DNA of 64,000 nucleotides from Dehalococcoidia bacterium (GTDB lineage Bacteria; Chloroflexota; Dehalococcoidia; Plut-88900): NCBI GenBank assembly GCA_965207225.1, contig CBDBLV010000005.1, positions 384,001 to 448,000 of the forward strand, read 5' to 3'. Shown piece by piece: positions 61,449 to 64,000 of this stretch (position 1 is its first letter; each line of letters starts with the position of its first letter). The notes under the pieces were generated by a model. It saw only the letters and a program-made list of their open reading frames with translations, ran no database searches and was not told where the DNA came from. The position numbers and the translations under genes were made by a program.

Positions 61449-63176
61449 TTGCGCGCAATCGACCAAATACGTTACGAGCCCCATGACAAGTCTCCCGTTC
61501 CCGTAACCCTTGGCGTGGCCGTCCAGGGCAGCGTGCTTGCACTGTCGAACACCGTCACCCTGGTCACCATCTTCGCCGTGGCCTCCGATGGCAGTGCAAC
61601 CTACCTTTCGTGGGCGGTCTTCGCGTCCCTCCTGATCGGTGGGCTGGCGACTGCTCACCAGGCCATCAAGTTCGGGCGCCTGGGCCCGGGCTATATCATG
61701 CTCATGGGCCCCGGGTCTCCCTTCCTGCCGGTCTGCGTGCTAGCCGTTGCCGAGGGTGGACTGCCCGTCATGTCCAGCCTGATAGTCGCCGCTTCCCTAG
61801 TCCAGTTCGCCCTGGCCTTCTGGCTTGCCAAGCTCCGCCGGGTCATTACGCCTGTCGTATCCGGTGTAGCCTTCATGATCATTGCCGTCGCCGCGATGCC
61901 TATAGCCCTCGCCCGACTCGAAGACGTGCCCGCCGACACCCCTTCGCTGGCTGGCCCCGTAGTGGGAGCGGCTACCTTGGCAGCTGCGACAATTCTCATG
62001 CTGCGCGGCTCGGGGGTCTGGCGACTCATGGCTATTCCCATAACCATCGTCGTGGGCTGCATCGTCGCCGTGCCCCTTGGCGTCTATGACTTCCAGCGTG
62101 CCCTTGACGCCCCCTGGTTCGGCCTCCCCGAGTTCTCGGCATGGCCCGGTTTCGGCCCCATCCTTGACCAGGACTTCCTCGCCCTTCTTCTCGTATTCCT
62201 TGTCGTGAGCGTGGTGGTCGGCATCAAGGCCGGGAACGAGGGCGCCGTGATCCAGCAGGCATCCTTTCATAGGCCGCGGGCCATAGACTTTCGCAGCGTC
62301 CAGGGCACATTGAACGCGGGCGGCGTGGGAATCCTGCTGTCGGGCATTGCGGGCACGCTCCCCACCATCATCTACCTCCCTTCGACGATATCCCTGATAC
62401 GTTTCACCGGCGTCGCCTCCCGACGCGTGGGTTATGCCGCCGGGGCAATGTTGATCGGGCTGGCCCTCCTCCCGAAGATTGTCGCTGCCCTCCTTACAAT
62501 CCCCCGACCCGTCACCGGCTCAATCCTGATGATCGTCATGGGGATGCTCTTCGTCGAGGGTGTTCGGACCGTCCTGCAGGACGGATTCAGCCAGCAAAAG
62601 GCCTTTATCGTCGGGATATCCCTGTCAATCGGGGTCGGGTTACAGGCGCAGAACATCCTCGCCGACCCCCTCGGCCCGACATGGGGCGTGGCCTTCGGGA
62701 ACAGCGTCGTCGTCAGCATCCTCGCCGCCGTCCTGATGTCGGGCATAACCCAGTTGACCGGCTACCGCAGCATGCGCCTCCAGACCGAGCTGGACATCGC
62801 ATCCCTCCCGGGTATTCAAGACTTCCTGCGCACTATCGGCGACAGGATAGGATGGAGCCAGGCTTCGATACAGCGCATGTGCTACGCTGGTGAGGAGACT
62901 CTGGCCAGCATGTTGCAGCTCCGCGACGACTACCAGGAAGACAAGCCCCCTCGCCTGGTCGTCATCGCCCGACCCGCGTCTGGTATGGTGGAGATGGAAT
63001 TCCTGGCGGTATTCTCGGAGGAGAACATTGAGGACCGTATCTCGTTCATGACCGAGCAGGCCGAGGCCCCTGACGTCGGCGAAATCTCCTTCCGGCTCCT
63101 CCGCCATCACGCCTCCTCCGTCCGCCACAGGAAGTATCATGGCATCGACATCGTTACCGTGCGGGTGGACGCATAA
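61449..63176 (+). CDS. NCS2-like transporter fused to an RsbW/HATPase_c_2-like domain (paralog of 40610..42346)
   Basis: ITPVVSG and GTLNAGGVGILLSG; tail LPGIQDFL...YAGEETLASM...FRLLRHHA...HRKYHG. Confidence 0.8.
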   Translation: MRAIDQIRYEPHDKSPVPVTLGVAVQGSVLALSNTVTLVTIFAVASDGSATYLSWAVFASLLIGGLATAHQAIKFGRLGPGYIMLMGPGSPFLPVCVLAVAEGGLPVMSSLIVAASLVQFALAFWLAKLRRVITPVVSGVAFMIIAVAAMPIALARLEDVPADTPSLAGPVVGAATLAAATILMLRGSGVWRLMAIPITIVVGCIVAVPLGVYDFQRALDAPWFGLPEFSAWPGFGPILDQDFLALLLVFLVVSVVVGIKAGNEGAVIQQASFHRPRAIDFRSVQGTLNAGGVGILLSGIAGTLPTIIYLPSTISLIRFTGVASRRVGYAAGAMLIGLALLPKIVAALLTIPRPVTGSILMIVMGMLFVEGVRTVLQDGFSQQKAFIVGISLSIGVGLQAQNILADPLGPTWGVAFGNSVVVSILAAVLMSGITQLTGYRSMRLQTELDIASLPGIQDFLRTIGDRIGWSQASIQRMCYAGEETLASMLQLRDDYQEDKPPRLVVIARPASGMVEMEFLAVFSEENIEDRISFMTEQAEAPDVGEISFRLLRHHASSVRHRKYHGIDIVTVRVDA

Positions 63177-63224
63177 CCACATTTATAATGGTCCGACACG
63201 AAAGTCCCGAAAGGAGAAGTTCAA

Positions 63225-63512
63225 GTGAAGGCATATTTGGTCTCCGACAACGAAGTCACCGATCAGGCCCTGTTTGATGAGTTCGCCAGCGGCATCTTCG
63301 ACCTCATCGCGAGCTACGGCGGCAAGTACCTCGTTCGTGGCGGCGACACCCCCCACATCGACGGCCCCCGCACCCCCCACCGCACCGTCATCGTCGAGTT
63401 CGAAAGCATGGATCGGGCCCAGTCCATGACCGACTCCCCCGAATACCACGCCCTCGCCGAAAAACGTTCCCGCAGCAGCAACTCAACCACCTTCCTCGTC
63501 CAGGGAATCTAA
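63225..63512 (+). CDS. DUF1330-family protein
   Basis: AYLV...YGGKYLVRGG...VIVEFESM...SPEY...R signature; GGAG RBS. Confidence 0.9.
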   Translation: MKAYLVSDNEVTDQALFDEFASGIFDLIASYGGKYLVRGGDTPHIDGPRTPHRTVIVEFESMDRAQSMTDSPEYHALAEKRSRSSNSTTFLVQGI

Positions 63513-63524
63513 CCCCACCCCCTT

Positions 63525-63610
63525 CCGTCATTCCCGAGCAATCGGGAATCCATCCCCGGTGGGGTTCCGCTCGCCCTGAGCGTAGTCGAAGGGTCTCCCG
63601 AGCGGAACGG
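63525..63610. repeat. REP-like palindrome cluster
   Basis: cgtcATTCCC-gagcaatc-GGGAATcc (63526-63551) and ccgctcgccctgagcgtagtcgaaggg (63567-63593), enclosed by gttccgctc/gagcggaac. Confidence 0.7.
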
Positions 63611-63628
63611 AGGGGCGCCCCCACCCCC

Positions 63629-63637
63629 TGCTATAAT
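63629..63637 (+). promoter_or_regulatory. Extended -10 promoter element
   Basis: TGCTATAAT ~60 nt upstream of ATG 63695. Confidence 0.55.
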
Positions 63638-63694
63638 TTCACACCTCGCCTCATATCCTCAAGCGCCAAATGCGCTTAGCAATAAGGCAGGTTG

Positions 63695-64000
63695 ATGTTC
63701 AAACTCATAGCTCCTAGGGACCTGGGCCCGATCCCCGCCGCCGCTGCTACGGCCTTCCTGGCCCTGGCCGTCTTCGCTTGGACCGAGAGGACCGTCCTCG
63801 TCGACCCCGACCATATGTCCGTTCCCTACTGGCCCTGGAAGCTGTGGCAGATCGCTCCGCTGCTGATGGGGTTCGCCGGTGTCTGGTGGCTCTGGTTGAG
63901 CACCCGCCGAGTCCCCTGGGTGCGCAGCCTAGCACTGGGCGTATTGGCCCTGGTGGTGCTAGCCAACGGGTATGGCGACTGGTTTGGCGACCATTGGGGT
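63695..64000 (+). CDS. Membrane protein, truncated by the window edge
   Basis: Open frame MFKLIAPRDLGPIPAAAATAFLALAVFAW...GDHWG to the edge, with three hydrophobic segments. Confidence 0.65.
   Translation, partial: MFKLIAPRDLGPIPAAAATAFLALAVFAWTERTVLVDPDHMSVPYWPWKLWQIAPLLMGFAGVWWLWLSTRRVPWVRSLALGVLALVVLANGYGDWFGDHWG

Overview
64-kb accessory region of a GC-rich bacterium. The gene content (many secreted Fn3/LRR/cadherin proteins, replication-relaxation-like proteins, CGTC-type REPs) resembles host-associated, e.g. sponge-symbiont, Chloroflexota, but that assignment is inference. The left part (1.2-20.7 kb) holds an intact and a decayed replication-relaxation-like gene, a defence island (nuclease-STAND Avs2-like gene; type III-like Res-Mod plus a PLD/HKD nuclease), two metabolic pseudogenes and a PadR/membrane pair. 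The rest is a surface-protein island. It contains secreted proteins and lipoproteins, an S1 protease, a one-polypeptide GAF-PAS-kinase-REC-wHTH regulator with a duplicated GTGAAA-box promoter, a NarL-type two-component pair, and two NCS2 permease-like proteins fused to an RsbW-like domain. Two ~2,600-aa Fn3-stalk proteins share a signal peptide and ~660 bp of non-coding upstream DNA but end in different enzymes (phospholipase A2-like vs metzincin), each followed by its own partner gene; this is a candidate polymorphic effector system. A dispersed, apparently structured non-coding repeat occurs three times. No rRNA, tRNA, CRISPR array, integrase or transposase was recognised.
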